From Vicugna vicugna (Eukaryota): a stretch of 64,000 bases of DNA. The translations under genes and the position numbers were made by a program. The stretch spans positions 2,441,779-2,505,778 of the forward strand of contig MU058718.1 of the NCBI GenBank assembly GCA_013265495.1, read 5' to 3'. Below the pieces are notes generated by a model. It was given only the letters and a program-made list of their open reading frames with translations, had not been told where the DNA came from and did no database searches. Shown here piece after piece: positions 63,715 to 64,000 of this stretch; position 1 is the stretch's first letter; every line of letters starts with the position of its first letter.

Positions 63715-63865
63715 TTTTTTTGATAGACTTTACTTTTTTAAGAGCAGTTTTAGGTTCACAGCAAAACTGAGTGAAAGGCACAGATTTCCCACATATCCTT
63801 TTACCACTGCAAATGCGTAGCCTCCCTCAAGATCGACATCCTTCACAAGAGTGGTACATTTATCC
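63715..63865 (-). mobile_element. L1MB/MC-like 3' terminus
   Basis: atagactttacttttttaagagcagttttaggttcacagcaaaactgagtg...agagtggtacattt. Confidence 0.7.
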
Positions 63866-64000
63866 CTGTTTTTCTACTGCTTCCCAAGACTATGAATCAA
63901 CAAGGTTTGATCTTTTAAAGCCTTTGCCATCGAGTTGAACCTTCTTCATCCCAGCCTTGTTAATGATCATTGACAGCCTTCATGTCACTTTCCTGTGTTA

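Noticed and set aside
1..64000. CRISPR arrays, rRNA, true tRNA genes, operon-like systems
   Set aside because: Mammalian sequence; no regularly spaced repeat-spacer array; tRNA-like boxes occur only in SINEs with A-rich tails and TSDs.

Overview
Mammalian genomic DNA, most likely a camelid. Evidence: two Vic-1-like tRNA-derived SINEs, a recurring L1 3'-UTR family, and no Alu, Bov-tA/BovB or PRE-1 seen. The only intact protein-coding sequence is the first coding exon of PTGDR (prostaglandin D2 receptor DP1), minus strand 7145->6291, inside a CpG island. Its intron runs off the left edge and exon 2 was not found. The remaining ~57 kb is upstream intergenic DNA rich in L1, L2, CR1/L3, MIR, MaLR/ERVL/ERV1 LTRs and hAT/Tigger fossils, with several nested insertions whose target-site duplications (TSDs) are readable. 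It also holds a full-length NDUFB8 processed pseudogene (39.5-40.2 kb). The most interesting structure is at 18.4-22.6 kb: a ~320-bp inverted repeat pair with a near-identical core and diverged edges. It appears to bracket a ~2.45-kb inversion that split an old L1 ORF1 and possibly a very decayed olfactory-receptor gene. Other oddities are a ~195-bp, ~98% identical dispersed direct duplication (57.2/58.6 kb), a probable orphan 3'-UTR retrocopy (43.2-43.4 kb) and a 9-bp tandem expansion in PTGDR's first intracellular loop. No new multi-gene system is supported. Repeat family names are from recall of consensus sequences, and boundaries without TSDs are approximate.
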